Below are positions 11,629 through 22,673 of a stretch of DNA of 64,000 bases, in pieces. The DNA is from Flectonema sp. DT1601. Its lineage: Eukaryota. The notes beneath the pieces are model-generated. The model had not been told where the DNA came from. It saw only the letters and a list, made by a program, of their open reading frames with translations, and did not search any database. Each line of letters starts with the position of its first letter. Position 1 is the first letter of the stretch. The stretch spans positions 62,001-126,000 of the forward strand of contig OZ025788.1 of NCBI GenBank assembly GCA_964019425.1. Direction: 5' to 3'. The position numbers and the translations under genes are program-made.

Positions 11629-11895
11629 AATGATTGGATGATACCTGTTGATTAACATAAGTAGAACTTGATTATTTTATTATTAATACCGTCTTCAGCA
11701 TAATTTCAAACCCAATCCCGCAATCAGTATGTGTAGCATGTACCTGTGGAAATAATAGGTTGTCTGAGAAAGTTTTATTTCATTTTATTATTGTTTCCCG
11801 TCTTTTTCATCAAAAGTATTTGTAAGTGCGAAAAATGTTTGGTCCTCCTTGATTCTCACGATTAGTCATAAAAAGAGAGAGCAACTCTTTCCTAA

Positions 11896-12318
11896 CTAAG
11901 CGGACAGTGAAGTAATAAAGTTATAAAATGATTTACTTGGAACGATGTTGTGTTCATCAACATAGTGAGAAGAGAAGTCGCCCGTCCAACAGATTCCAGA
12001 CGATGAATGGTATTCTTTGTTTCCAAGAAAGCTTCCATCAATTCTACTGTTCGTAAGACCTCGTTGAGTCTTTACTGAGAATTGATTTGATTCACCGCCG
12101 TCAGCTAATTTCTCAATCTTTTTTAATTTATTCAAAAACTCTTCCTTACCACACCAAGGAGTCACACTCGCTGACGGGACATTATCCTCCGTCCAGTACC
12201 CTTCACATCCTTCAATCTGTCTCTCACTAAATTTTGGTGAAAAGCAACTCGATGAAAAACCAAAATGCCATACCAATGCGCACAATATCGACAGCAACAA
12301 GACTACCTTCGTTTTCAT
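11896..12318 (-). CDS. Small signal-peptide protein resembling a hypothetical family seen in giant viruses and bacteria
   Basis: Hydrophobic leader MKTKVVLLLSILCALVW. Motifs EGYW, FLNKLKKIE, RG..SR...GNKEY and W....HYVDEHNIVPS..FY.FI. Confidence 0.65.
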   Translation of the reverse strand: MKTKVVLLLSILCALVWHFGFSSSCFSPKFSERQIEGCEGYWTEDNVPSASVTPWCGKEEFLNKLKKIEKLADGGESNQFSVKTQRGLTNSRIDGSFLGNKEYHSSSGICWTGDFSSHYVDEHNIVPSKSFYNFITSLSA

Positions 12319-12503
12319 TAATAGTAAGAGAGGTCCTGAATGAAAGTTATTTATAATAAAAGGGGACAACCACAACAATCACCTCCAAGAGTTGTCAAAG
12401 GTTAGTTGTACTCTTAGGTACAGAATAGTGCACTAAATCAGGGTTAAGAAAGTTAAGAAAAGAAATGAAAGTAATTTAAAAAAAATCACTTTCAGAGGAA
12501 TCG

Positions 12504-12611
12504 CAGACAGTTATGCTAAACCTCAACATGAGGAACATAGATAGATAGCGTTTGAACATAATAAATAAAACAGCTCTTAATCTGAATGGTTTCTTCTCCG
12601 ACTTTATCGGT
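12504..12611. repeat. Structured repeat family A, copy 3 (left arm degraded)
   Basis: Nearly identical to the interior and right end of copies 1 and 4, with one extra atag unit. Confidence 0.85.
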
Positions 12612-12803
12612 ACAGAGAGAACGGGAAAAAAAAAAAAAAAAAAAAAAAAAAACAACAACAACAACACATCCCTGCTATTCCATATAACACCGTGGAATAC
12701 GTAGTTTTCAAAGAATTTAATCCGACACGGCTTTCTTTTTCAAAAAGGACTGATCTTTATCAGAAAACAGAGGGAAGCGTATATGTCACAAAATGCACAA
12801 GAA

Positions 12804-13907
12804 TTAATCCATAATTCGCAAGCGTTTGCTGTGTTGTTGTCGCTCTTTAAGAGCGTCCCTCACAATGCTATCTTTAGCTAAAGTTTCAAGCCCGAGTACC
12901 TCTGTATCATCACAGTTTTCTAAGAGGAAGTATCTATTGGTTCTGCATTCAACATCAATTTCAGTTACGTTTTTTAAATAGGAAATATCAACAGACTGAA
13001 GGGAAACATTATGCGCTAAGAAACCTATTCCGATTCGATTAACGTTATCAAAAGAAGAAATGTTGATTGTTTTTAGACACTCAGATTCACACACAAAGAA
13101 CGAACCAATATCCACCAACTTTGTAAGCTCTGATAAATCAATCGTTTCTAACGAATAACAATTTGACAAAAACATATCTCCAATTTTAGTAACGTTTCTC
13201 AAACTTGAGATATTCAGCAAAGCTGAAAGGAGGCTGCAATTTTCTAGGAAACGGTCTTTTATTTCGGTTATGTTTTTTAAACTACTCAAATCTATCTCCC
13301 CGATCGATGTATAACCTAAGAATGAAGATCCAATGTCCGTCAAACTCCGCAGTCCAGTGATATTTACATATTCAAGCATCGCATTTCTGTATAAGAAATA
13401 ATCTCCTATCGTGGTGACATTACACAGACTTGAAAGATCAATGGTGTTTATTACGTTAGCGGAATTACCGTCGGATAGGAATGTGTTTGCTATTGTAGTA
13501 ACGGAGTTACTGTTAGTGAAGACACAGATAGCAGAAGGGATACACTCAAGGCTACACGACAGGCATCCGTCTTCTGTGAATGTTGAAGCGTCGATGATGA
13601 TAGTGTCGTCGTTGTTTTGTTTTTTCATCGTTCGTATTTTATTTAAGAATGTTTCGTCTGATAGATTTTGTTTATTAAAAACACAAATAGCAGACACAAC
13701 TAATTCTGAATTCACTTCCACTCCAACGGAGAGTAATAAATCAGAATTTGAAATTTTCTCACCCGCAAGTGAAATCTCAAGCAACTCAGTATCGACGTTC
13801 CACTCTTCTTCAGCTGTTTGCAACACATCTCTCACAGTTGATTTCTCAGTTGCCGTAAATATAATTTCCTGAAATTCCGAATTAGGAAATGACACTGACA
13901 GTTGCAT
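12804..13907 (-). CDS. Ubiquitin-like domain plus BspA-type leucine-rich repeat (LRR5) protein
   Basis: N-terminal UBL-like segment (STVRDVLQ..LLSVGVEVNSELVV). Repeats of the form IDLSSLxNVTxIGDxFL. Confidence 0.85.
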   Translation of the reverse strand: MQLSVSFPNSEFQEIIFTATEKSTVRDVLQTAEEEWNVDTELLEISLAGEKISNSDLLLSVGVEVNSELVVSAICVFNKQNLSDETFLNKIRTMKKQNNDDTIIIDASTFTEDGCLSCSLECIPSAICVFTNSNSVTTIANTFLSDGNSANVINTIDLSSLCNVTTIGDYFLYRNAMLEYVNITGLRSLTDIGSSFLGYTSIGEIDLSSLKNITEIKDRFLENCSLLSALLNISSLRNVTKIGDMFLSNCYSLETIDLSELTKLVDIGSFFVCESECLKTINISSFDNVNRIGIGFLAHNVSLQSVDISYLKNVTEIDVECRTNRYFLLENCDDTEVLGLETLAKDSIVRDALKERQQHSKRLRIMD

Positions 13908-14321
13908 GGTGTATTCTCCTGTTGTAGGGAGAAAAAAAAAAATCTTAATTGCCTTCACACATTTTATCCTTTTATTTCGCCATCGATCGATTCGGAGCTC
14001 AAATGTTAGAAATTCTTATCATCCGATAAAAAGATGACTTTTAAAAAAAAGAAAAAAAAAAGGGTCTAAAAAAAAAAATAATAACGCAAAGCATAAGAAT
14101 ATATAAAACATGGTCACCCACGCTCTAGAAAGGCTCACGCCGTTTCGTTCGCGTGCATTAACCAAGGCCGGCTTTTTAAATAAATATATAAATTAAAAAA
14201 AAAACAACGTTAGTATCCAATCAAGTTTCTAAGGTTGAACTTACATTAGGCGAGGGCGATTTATTTTGTTCCGCCCTAAAAAATGAAGGGGGAATGAAGT
14301 AGGTAAGAAGTAGTCTACAGC

Positions 14322-16631
14322 TTACCCAGTAATGTGTGTTCTTACCCAGGTTGGTAGCATGCCCTGTAGTAGTGATCCCGTTGGCTTATCAACAGCAGCA
14401 GGTGTTGGAACTGTCAGCTGACGAGGTTGCTGCTGTAGAAGAACTCGACCAGCAGATCCTCTTCCTATCTTTTGAATATAAAATAAACACATCATCGCTA
14501 TCGGTGATAACTTATCAAGTTTTGTTTTAACTGATAAGTCTTTGCAATCTGTGAGTGTTGCCGCATTCAAATCATTCACTGAGTCTTCACAAGTACCCAT
14601 AAAGGTTTCACACAGTTGGTCATCATCATCAACAGTCTCATTGATGTCTACTGATGTGATTGTTGGATCGCACGCAGTGATGTTGTCAAGACTCACATCC
14701 GTTGAAGTGACAGCTGGAGGAGGTGTCGGATCCTCAACAGTATCGTCAGGTGACGCGATCTTTGCATCACATCCTTCAACGAGAAGTGGAGAGGTGCTAT
14801 GATGAAGTACTTCTGTTGTACTCAAATCATTCACTGAGTCTTCACAAGTACCCATAAAGGTTTCACACAGTTGGTCATCATCATCAACAGTCTCTGATTC
14901 GAATGGAGTTGTTTCATTCATCTCTTCATAAGAGATCAACTGACATCTAGAAAGGTATCCCTTCCCAACACGTTGTAAGGTTCGAACACTATTGTGTGTT
15001 TGTATTTTCTTTTTTAATAAGTTTTTGTTTTTCTTTATCTGACGTGGTTTCCTTGTTGATTTCTTGTCTTCGGATTGTTTCTGAGATGAAGATAGAATAG
15101 TTAACCTGTCTGTGTAGGACCTGCCTACTCTCTGTAAAAGTGGTACTCTAGTCAACAACAACAAGTGTTGTACGTGAGAATATGAACTTTGATTACTCAT
15201 CACTTTATCAATCGATATTCTCGATAGATAAGCTCTCCCAACTCGTTGTAGAAATGGAACACGTGTAGACAATAAGAAATCTTGAACACCAGATGCACTA
15301 AGAGGAGAAGCACATGTCAACGGAGATAACAACGTGTCGGTTAGTGACGGTATGCTGTTGTATAATAATTGACATCTCTTTCTTGCTAAGAATCCTCTTC
15401 CAATAGACTGAAGTAAAGGTACCCTAACAGATAGAAGATATGTTTTTATATCTGGTAGTACAGAAGGGTCAGGGTCAGTGTTTAAATTAACATCAGTTGT
15501 TGAACTTTTTTGATTTTTAATTTTATGTAAATATTTCTTCACGTGGTATTCTATAACAACAACAGCTCTCTTGAGATTAAGATACCCACCAAGTCTTCTC
15601 CTTGACATGAATCCACTACCACAACGTTGGAGTACCTTAGTACTGGCGGTCTCAATGTTGAATCTGATTAGGTGGAGTAGTTCAATGGCTGTTTCATCTT
15701 CTTCTTCGCAAGGTGATAAAGGCTCTGGTTGGTTAAAATGAATGGTTTCGATCCTTGAAGTAAACCCTCTTCCGATTCTCTGTAGTGTGAGAGCAGCGGA
15801 TATATTTTTAATTAATCGATCAAGTTGAAGTAGTTTTTCAGTTCTACTACCAGCTTGCAACTCAACAGCTTCAGGATTGATATGATAAGACTGCGTTAGT
15901 TGTTTAGTTAGAATATCAAGTTGCATATCAGCTTCTATTAGATTATGATGAAGGTTAGTAATTTTATCTTTCTTTGGTGATGTTGGTTTTATATTTTTAA
16001 CTGTGTGAACGGTGAAGTCATCATCGCTGTCGTTTCCCCACATGAAACCTTCCGCTGAAGGTTCTCTTGCAAAGTAGTTGACAACGAATTCTTCATCTTG
16101 CTCATCAATGATATTGCTGTTGTTGGGATCAGATTTTCTAATTAGTCGCTGTGACTCATACACTCCTGGTAGCTTTTCTTGTGTTGCTACTGTGCACTGT
16201 CTGCCGTTACCAACAATTTGAACTGGTGGGAATCTTCCAGTTTCGGGTATCTCTGGTGGTGGAAGCTTCCCAAGTCCTTTCATACATTTTGATACCCAGT
16301 GAGCAAGTGCTTGTCGTTCACCACCTCTGAGTAGACCTTGACATCTACAACACCAGTAGGTTTGTCCTTTTTGATCTTTTTGATCTTTTCTAACCTTTCT
16401 GACTTCAACTTGACTTGCGACAGATTTCTGATTAGCTCCTAACTTTACTTTCCGAACTCTCGTTGGTGATGATGATGCTTCAGATGGTGGTGTGTAAGTT
16501 CCGTTTAGCATGCTTCTCCACATCTCTGCCTTCTTTGACCTCTCTTCTCTTGATGGTCCTCCATAACTGCTAGCAGCTGATGTCGCACCTCTTGACTTTC
16601 TGTCTCCCATCCACATGACGATGTCATTCAT
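14322..16631 (-). CDS. IQ-like repeat protein
   Basis: About eight LQRxGRGFxSR-type IQ motifs, a CxxC..H..C cluster, and an internal 24-aa duplication (ETVDDDDQLCETFMGTCEDSVNDL). Confidence 0.75.
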   Translation of the reverse strand: MNDIVMWMGDRKSRGATSAASSYGGPSREERSKKAEMWRSMLNGTYTPPSEASSSPTRVRKVKLGANQKSVASQVEVRKVRKDQKDQKGQTYWCCRCQGLLRGGERQALAHWVSKCMKGLGKLPPPEIPETGRFPPVQIVGNGRQCTVATQEKLPGVYESQRLIRKSDPNNSNIIDEQDEEFVVNYFAREPSAEGFMWGNDSDDDFTVHTVKNIKPTSPKKDKITNLHHNLIEADMQLDILTKQLTQSYHINPEAVELQAGSRTEKLLQLDRLIKNISAALTLQRIGRGFTSRIETIHFNQPEPLSPCEEEDETAIELLHLIRFNIETASTKVLQRCGSGFMSRRRLGGYLNLKRAVVVIEYHVKKYLHKIKNQKSSTTDVNLNTDPDPSVLPDIKTYLLSVRVPLLQSIGRGFLARKRCQLLYNSIPSLTDTLLSPLTCASPLSASGVQDFLLSTRVPFLQRVGRAYLSRISIDKVMSNQSSYSHVQHLLLLTRVPLLQRVGRSYTDRLTILSSSQKQSEDKKSTRKPRQIKKNKNLLKKKIQTHNSVRTLQRVGKGYLSRCQLISYEEMNETTPFESETVDDDDQLCETFMGTCEDSVNDLSTTEVLHHSTSPLLVEGCDAKIASPDDTVEDPTPPPAVTSTDVSLDNITACDPTITSVDINETVDDDDQLCETFMGTCEDSVNDLNAATLTDCKDLSVKTKLDKLSPIAMMCLFYIQKIGRGSAGRVLLQQQPRQLTVPTPAAVDKPTGSLLQGMLPTWVRTHITG

Positions 16632-16875
16632 TGTTCTTTATATCCTTCTCATTCTGTAAAGTTATAAAGTTATTTGGTATTTCTTGTCATCCTCTCTTTT
16701 TGCTTGGAAAAGAATAATAAAAAGCAATGGTATGGTGCAAAAAAAAAAATAAAAAAATGAAATAATACAGAATATTCTGTCGACGGAGGCTAACAAGGTC
16801 AATTCTGTGACTCGTACGTGAAGCCTCCACCGCAGTGCGTCGCATGTCAAGATGAAAAACTAAAAATAAAAAAAA

Positions 16876-17020
16876 CCATTCAGATAAAGCCTTTTATTTT
16901 GTTTGATTACAGACAGTTATACTAAACCTCAACATGAGGAACATAGATAGCGTTTGAACATAATAAATAAAACAGCTCTTAATCTGAATGGTTTCTTCTC
17001 CGACTTTGTCGGTGCGAAGG
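16876..17020. repeat. Structured repeat family A, copy 4 (most complete)
   Basis: ccattcagataaagc...gctcttaatctgaatgg, followed by cttctccgactttgtcggtgcgaag. Flanked by A-runs. Confidence 0.9.
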
Positions 17021-17245
17021 AAAAAAAAACAACAATTTCTTGCCGAGAGCAAATGTGGGGAAGAGTGAACGGGAAGTAAAACATCGCATTAAAGGGAGGG
17101 ATCAAAAAAAAAGTGTAAAAGCGGCCAACAACTAAATGTGTACGACTAAGATACAACACTGGGAGGCTACGTTGAAACTAATTAGTAGTTTTGTTTTATT
17201 GTTTTGTTTTTGTTACAATAGTTGAGGGAGAGAGAAAATAATCAT

Positions 17246-18532
17246 TTATTGAAAATTCTTCCGATCATTCTGAGCCTTTTGCCTAAAATCTCTGCTGTCC
17301 CATTGAGTGTTCCAACAGCAGTAAGTCACAGGCATGAATACAAATTGTTTTGGTTTTGTTACCATCTTTACGACATCATCAGCCTGTGATTTTGACATTT
17401 CACTAAGCTGCCTGTGTTCCAATGCGTAAGGAAGCATTGCAGTAAATGGCGGAAAAAGAATTTCCGCTTCCGTAGGGTACTGAGACACCCAATCTACGTC
17501 GGCACCTACTCCGATTTTTAAAACAGCAGTTTCCTTTCTGCAATAATCTTTTTCTACGAAACAGAGAGTTATCCCAGTTTCTTTACCATATGTGAATGCT
17601 TCAACTACCCCTAACTTAGTAGTGAAGCTAAGAGGGGCAGGGTCAAAGGGAACTGGTCCAACGAAACCCTCAACACGTTCCCAATTATGTTTCGCAACAT
17701 CAATAACGGTGTCAACAACTTTTTCAGCCACATCGACCACCTTTCCTAATCCAGACATTAGCCCACCAACTAACCCACCAGCTTTTGATCCTGGCAGGTT
17801 TGTTGATTTCTTTACTGTTTTAGTATTGCTTGATAAAAGTTCATCTTGCATTTTATTATAATATTCCTTATAGTCCCCAGCGAGGTCTATTGACATCCCT
17901 CTGTAACATCGTTTAGCACGTCCGATTGCGTCAGTTATTTTAACTATGGCAATGGATATGACTCTGGAGGTGATGGCGAATCTCATTTCAACTTTTCTCA
18001 AAGATCCGTTTAAAACACTGTAGCCAGGTCCTGTATATAATCGAAGTGAGAGGACCTCGTGTTTTTCTAGTTTTGCCTTCTGAGATGTCGGTTTTTTTAA
18101 GAAATCCATGAGAGTCATTCCCTCGTTCCCCTTGTCTCGTTCAATCTTGTAAGGATCGAGACGCTTTTCTTTGTCATGTGGGACTGGGTTCGTGCAGTAG
18201 TCCCATGCCTCCTGAGTATCCGGCCTGCACCATTCTTGTTGCATCTCTGCGAATATCCATTCAGGTGTTGGTTGTTTTCCCATCGGAAATTTCGCTGTTT
18301 TTCTCTGAGCAACTTCTCTTGTAAATAAGTTTCCCTTATCAAAAACTTTCATACAGGACATGTACGTGAGAGTTGGTGCTCTTGTATTTGTCGCTTCGAT
18401 TTTTTCTTCCTTCTTTGTATCATCTTTTTTCTCAGTAGATATTGTAGTCGGTGTTGTCTTGCTTACTGGAGAAGCTGTTTTCTGCTGAACTTGAGTTCCG
18501 CTTCCCCCTTGGGCTCCAGCAGCGTTACCCAT
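17246..18532 (-). CDS. R-S-E clade mono-ADP-ribosyltransferase domain protein, N-myristoylation motif
   Basis: Motifs LRLYTGPGY..LNGSLR, CYRGM (R), LSFTT (S) and SQYPTEAEILFPP (E-x-E). N-terminus is MGNAAG. Confidence 0.85.
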   Translation of the reverse strand: MGNAAGAQGGSGTQVQQKTASPVSKTTPTTISTEKKDDTKKEEKIEATNTRAPTLTYMSCMKVFDKGNLFTREVAQRKTAKFPMGKQPTPEWIFAEMQQEWCRPDTQEAWDYCTNPVPHDKEKRLDPYKIERDKGNEGMTLMDFLKKPTSQKAKLEKHEVLSLRLYTGPGYSVLNGSLRKVEMRFAITSRVISIAIVKITDAIGRAKRCYRGMSIDLAGDYKEYYNKMQDELLSSNTKTVKKSTNLPGSKAGGLVGGLMSGLGKVVDVAEKVVDTVIDVAKHNWERVEGFVGPVPFDPAPLSFTTKLGVVEAFTYGKETGITLCFVEKDYCRKETAVLKIGVGADVDWVSQYPTEAEILFPPFTAMLPYALEHRQLSEMSKSQADDVVKMVTKPKQFVFMPVTYCCWNTQWDSRDFRQKAQNDRKNFQ

Positions 18533-18622
18533 ATTGCTGTTGATCTGGAACAGAAATAGTTTATAAAGGACACGGTTTTTGTTTATATAATTTCTATATA
18601 TAATGAGGACCCATTGACGGCT

Positions 18623-19921
18623 TTATAAATTCCGACTGTTTTTTCTCGAACGAGGGATCCATCCATCTTGAAATGTAGCTGGAGACCTGCCACCAGGAAC
18701 CCACTCATCTGGATCTTCCATCACTCCTTTACTAATACCTGGGTAGTAGTTGTCTAAGTCAATGTGGAGTTTACGATTCGCGGCTCTCTTTTTTATTTGT
18801 GCTTCGTTAAATTTCATCGCTTTGTCGGCTTTTGATCCGGCTGGGGGCATTCTGGGTGTTTCATTTGGATCTCGTTGTACTCTGTGCATACCAGTGTCAC
18901 GATCTGATTTTTGTTTATAGTTACGTTGTTCTGATGAATAACTATCACCGTGTGTGAATGCGCCTGACATCCCACCAAGTTTATCGATTACTGGATTTAT
19001 AGGAAGGAGCATCTCATGGAGAGAGATTCCCATTTTAAGGATCTCACTCATGGCTATTGGAATGATGTTGTAGTTTGGGTACTTGAATCGGATGTATCCT
19101 TCGACATCAGGGAATCCAAGAGGTACTAATATAATCGACTTTCTGTTTATAATTTCACTGTTTGGATTCAACAGTAGACATTCTGTTGTATGAGGCGGAG
19201 CCATTTCAAAGTTTCCACCCGCAAGACTGATAGCTGACTGCTGCAGTGCTGTCATCATATTTGGGAAGGCTGGATTGACTACAAGTGAATGTCCGTCTAT
19301 TGTCGCAACCAACTTTCTTAGAGGAAGATGAAGTCCTCTGTCAGTGAAAGAGATAGCTCTCATTGTTCGGAATTTCCCTACTTGACTTCTATTTAATAAT
19401 GATTTCATTCCTTTTGGTTGAATCTTTTCATTTAACATCTCCAAGACCCCTGTCTTGTCGCTTCGTTGGGCGACGACGTAGATTCCTCCGATGTTAATTA
19501 TATCCCTCGCATCGAACTGAAACACTTCTTTTCTGGAAAATAAATTATTAACAGGAAGATATATCTTGTGGTCTTGGAGTGCTTTTTTTATTTGAAAATG
19601 AGCTGCAGGACTCTTTCCATCCGGGTGGACGTTAAGAGCGAGTTGACCAGGAACACATGATACGGCATATCTGGCAATCCGACAGCTGAAAGGAGATTCC
19701 TCATCAGGAGGAAGCGTTAATGTTTGAAATCCTAACCCGTCAATAAGTCTTTTTAATTCGTTGACTTCCTGTCTCAATTTTATTAAATCAACCTGACTAT
19801 CTGCGGCTTGTAATTCTAACTGTGATGTTTTTCTCATCATTATTATTTTACCATTCGCGTTTGTCGAATGGACCGCTCGACGTTGACATCCAATTCGTAA
19901 TACCTGCCTACCAATCCACAT
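18623..19921 (-). CDS. DDAH/amidinotransferase-fold protein, probably inactive, with a mitochondrial-type presequence
   Basis: FDARDI ~ LDGGDV, GLHLPL ~ LHLKS, and IPIAMSEILKMGISLHEM ~ PVxMSELEKxDGxLTCCS. The N-terminus is Arg-rich and lacks acidic residues. Confidence 0.6.
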   Translation of the reverse strand: MWIGRQVLRIGCQRRAVHSTNANGKIIMMRKTSQLELQAADSQVDLIKLRQEVNELKRLIDGLGFQTLTLPPDEESPFSCRIARYAVSCVPGQLALNVHPDGKSPAAHFQIKKALQDHKIYLPVNNLFSRKEVFQFDARDIINIGGIYVVAQRSDKTGVLEMLNEKIQPKGMKSLLNRSQVGKFRTMRAISFTDRGLHLPLRKLVATIDGHSLVVNPAFPNMMTALQQSAISLAGGNFEMAPPHTTECLLLNPNSEIINRKSIILVPLGFPDVEGYIRFKYPNYNIIPIAMSEILKMGISLHEMLLPINPVIDKLGGMSGAFTHGDSYSSEQRNYKQKSDRDTGMHRVQRDPNETPRMPPAGSKADKAMKFNEAQIKKRAANRKLHIDLDNYYPGISKGVMEDPDEWVPGGRSPATFQDGWIPRSRKNSRNL

Positions 19922-20103
19922 CTTTTTATATATTAATTTTAACCTTTTTTGAATTTAATAAGTAGCGTCAGCTTTTCAACAATAAAAACGAATAATAATA
20001 ATAAAAGAGAGCACAAGAGTGTAAGTTAACAGGTGGGATGTTATTCGCGTAACAAAAAACAGATTTAAAAAATACTTATTTCGTGTCATCAAATAAAGAA
20101 CGC

Positions 20104-22665
20104 CTACAGTAATCTGACTGTGAAGTTCGCATTGCTCCAAATTTTTAGTGAAAAAGTTTCTTTTGAATCTGTGAACCCGATGTCAGGTATAATCACGTAA
20201 GTTCCGGATTTTAAATTTCCAGTAAAATGAACTGACGGATGAGCTGCCACTTCTTCATCGTCAGGAACGAGACAAATTGTGTTTGAGGTGAATAGTTGAT
20301 TCTCTCTTGAACCTCTCGGTAGACGTACATCAGGATCATCAGATGTTGACTGAAAAAGATGAAGTTGAAGACGAGGTGTTTCTCCCTCAAATAATCTCTC
20401 ATTGCAAGTGCTAAGCGAAAGCTGAGCAGCAACAAAACTATTGTGAACTACTCGAAGGAGATATTGATTGTTTGAGAAGAACGTTTCTTCATGTCCGAAT
20501 AGAGATCCACCACAAGCATTTTCAAACGTTCCTTTCAAAGCAACTTTTTGAAAAGCATCGAAATGCCAACAAGTAACCAAATCATACATTATCAACATGT
20601 AGTCAGAATACAACATCCATTGACCACTTGATGTCTTAATCGTTTCCAATTCTTTTTTTATTCGATCACTTATTCCTTTATAACTAGATACCCTACTGCA
20701 TAACGAAGCTGATAGTTGAATGCTTGCTCCACTATCATGGCTCGCATAAGGATTCGATACAAGAACGTAATAGTTTTCTTCAACATACTCAACTCGTTGT
20801 ATTATGTAGCTCTTTGATGGTCTTAAATTGTTTTCGACGAAGGTATCAATAGTGACTCTTCCTTTTCGTATTATTTCTGCGTCTGATGAAATGCTCTTCG
20901 ATAACATGCAACACAGCTGTCGGTTTTCGTATCTTGAACATAAGTTTTCAATCCACCCTGCAGTATTACTCAACAGAGAGTAGTGAGTTCGTTCTGCAAG
21001 TCCCCCCGTGAAGATCTCCCACACCACACAAGGATCTTTAAATTGTTTTGATGTTCTCAGGTTTGCATACGATCCTAGTAACTTAGCCAACACCTTTTCC
21101 AACAACGCTGCGTACACTTCCATTGCATTTCCAGATCTAAGAAATGCTTTTGTATTGCCTTCGGTTATCGATTCAGATCGACCCCTGGTATCGTCATTTT
21201 TATTGCCGATTCGAACTGGTACGAAATCATCTACAACAACGAAATGCCATGTTGTGTCCCAAAGAATTCGGACTGTGTATGCTCCGTAATCAGCAGGTAC
21301 GCTTGAAGGGGAAATCATATCATCGAATTCTGTGATTTGAGGAAGGTGACTTACAATATGAGGAAGCCAGTCAGGAGTGAAATCACCAGGAGCTAGTGAC
21401 CAAGGATCTGAAGCGGCAGCAACCACACATGTATACGATTCTAAAGCTCCAAGTCTTTCCCAAGTATAGTCACCTGTCATAGTATCATCTGGAGACAGAG
21501 AGTATCGGGAGGGTGGGAAGTCAGGATCAACGAATTTCGTATTATTTTGTAAACATTGCTGACTAATGTCGAGTATCGGATTGAAAGCAAAACAACTCCT
21601 GTTTGTTGGACTTCTTACGTGACGAGAGAGATCGACACCATACCCGACACCAGAACAGTTCTCTTGCGATAAAGGATGTAGTGGAATGATATGTTCATTT
21701 GATCCATAGTCTTTCTCACCGTAATCTCTAACAAAGTCAGCGAATGTAATCATTCCTGTGATTGATGAAATACCAGCATCAAGAACTGGATATCTTCCAT
21801 AACTTCTAATATGAGACACAAGATGTAATGCCTCTGACGTTGTGATATCCTTTTCAACCGTACTCGAAGTAACATGTCTGTCAGTAGCTGTCCCGGTGTT
21901 GTTTTCTGAATGTTTAAAACACGGTTGTGACAAAACTAATCCTTTCCCTCCGTATAAAGTTTCATTACTACATCCAAGTGAGTCATCAATACTTCTCGGA
22001 TGTTTTATAGTTCTAATCTGGGTGCTGTGAACTTCAATCGTATTTCCAGTTGTATTCTCAACTCTATAAATGTCACTATCAATACAAGAGAGAATAGTTC
22101 CTTCAGTGAAGTCACTATCAGACGATTTCGAGTAGAGAATATGAACACCAAATAAAAGATGAGCATCACGAGGTGGAATGTCAGCTACGATACCTTTCAG
22201 ACCTTCGGGAAGCCATTGTCGGTTAGTTTGATTTTCTGTTGCTTGATTATTAAATTCTATTTGAAAACAATCACCATGTCTGTCATCATTAATAGAAACA
22301 ATTGGTGCCAGAGTATAAATATATTCACCGCAATAGGCAAAGACTTGTTGACCTACCGACCATAGGGGATTTCGTTTTTCATTTGACTTAACATTTGTCC
22401 CTCTCGAACTGTTTTTATTAGCGACAAAAAGCTCTCCGGTCATATAGCCGAGGGCTATTTTAGGTCCCATTGTAGTTTCAATGACTTCTTCGATTTCTTT
22501 TTCAGTCAGTTCTTTTGTTTTTAAAAATTTTATTTTCATCATCAGATCATCATCAGAAGCACATTTAACGAACTCAATTCCCATTTCAATTCGAGTTTTG
22601 CTGAGCGCGTTGTCAGATTTCCCACCTGATTTTGAGAATATTTCGTATTCTGGTATCCAATTCAT
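20104..22665 (-). CDS. Calpain-like protein (CysPc + domain III), non-catalytic
   Basis: Motifs FVDPDFPP, GAYTVR..W..VVVDDFVP, ALLEKVLAKLLGSY, FTGG, NNQY and GTYVIIP. The catalytic Cys (QGxxGDCW) reads PGDFTPDW and the His (GHAY) reads SKSY. Confidence 0.9.
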   Translation of the reverse strand: MNWIPEYEIFSKSGGKSDNALSKTRIEMGIEFVKCASDDDLMMKIKFLKTKELTEKEIEEVIETTMGPKIALGYMTGELFVANKNSSRGTNVKSNEKRNPLWSVGQQVFAYCGEYIYTLAPIVSINDDRHGDCFQIEFNNQATENQTNRQWLPEGLKGIVADIPPRDAHLLFGVHILYSKSSDSDFTEGTILSCIDSDIYRVENTTGNTIEVHSTQIRTIKHPRSIDDSLGCSNETLYGGKGLVLSQPCFKHSENNTGTATDRHVTSSTVEKDITTSEALHLVSHIRSYGRYPVLDAGISSITGMITFADFVRDYGEKDYGSNEHIIPLHPLSQENCSGVGYGVDLSRHVRSPTNRSCFAFNPILDISQQCLQNNTKFVDPDFPPSRYSLSPDDTMTGDYTWERLGALESYTCVVAAASDPWSLAPGDFTPDWLPHIVSHLPQITEFDDMISPSSVPADYGAYTVRILWDTTWHFVVVDDFVPVRIGNKNDDTRGRSESITEGNTKAFLRSGNAMEVYAALLEKVLAKLLGSYANLRTSKQFKDPCVVWEIFTGGLAERTHYSLLSNTAGWIENLCSRYENRQLCCMLSKSISSDAEIIRKGRVTIDTFVENNLRPSKSYIIQRVEYVEENYYVLVSNPYASHDSGASIQLSASLCSRVSSYKGISDRIKKELETIKTSSGQWMLYSDYMLIMYDLVTCWHFDAFQKVALKGTFENACGGSLFGHEETFFSNNQYLLRVVHNSFVAAQLSLSTCNERLFEGETPRLQLHLFQSTSDDPDVRLPRGSRENQLFTSNTICLVPDDEEVAAHPSVHFTGNLKSGTYVIIPDIGFTDSKETFSLKIWSNANFTVRLL

Positions 22666-22673
22666 GTTTTATT

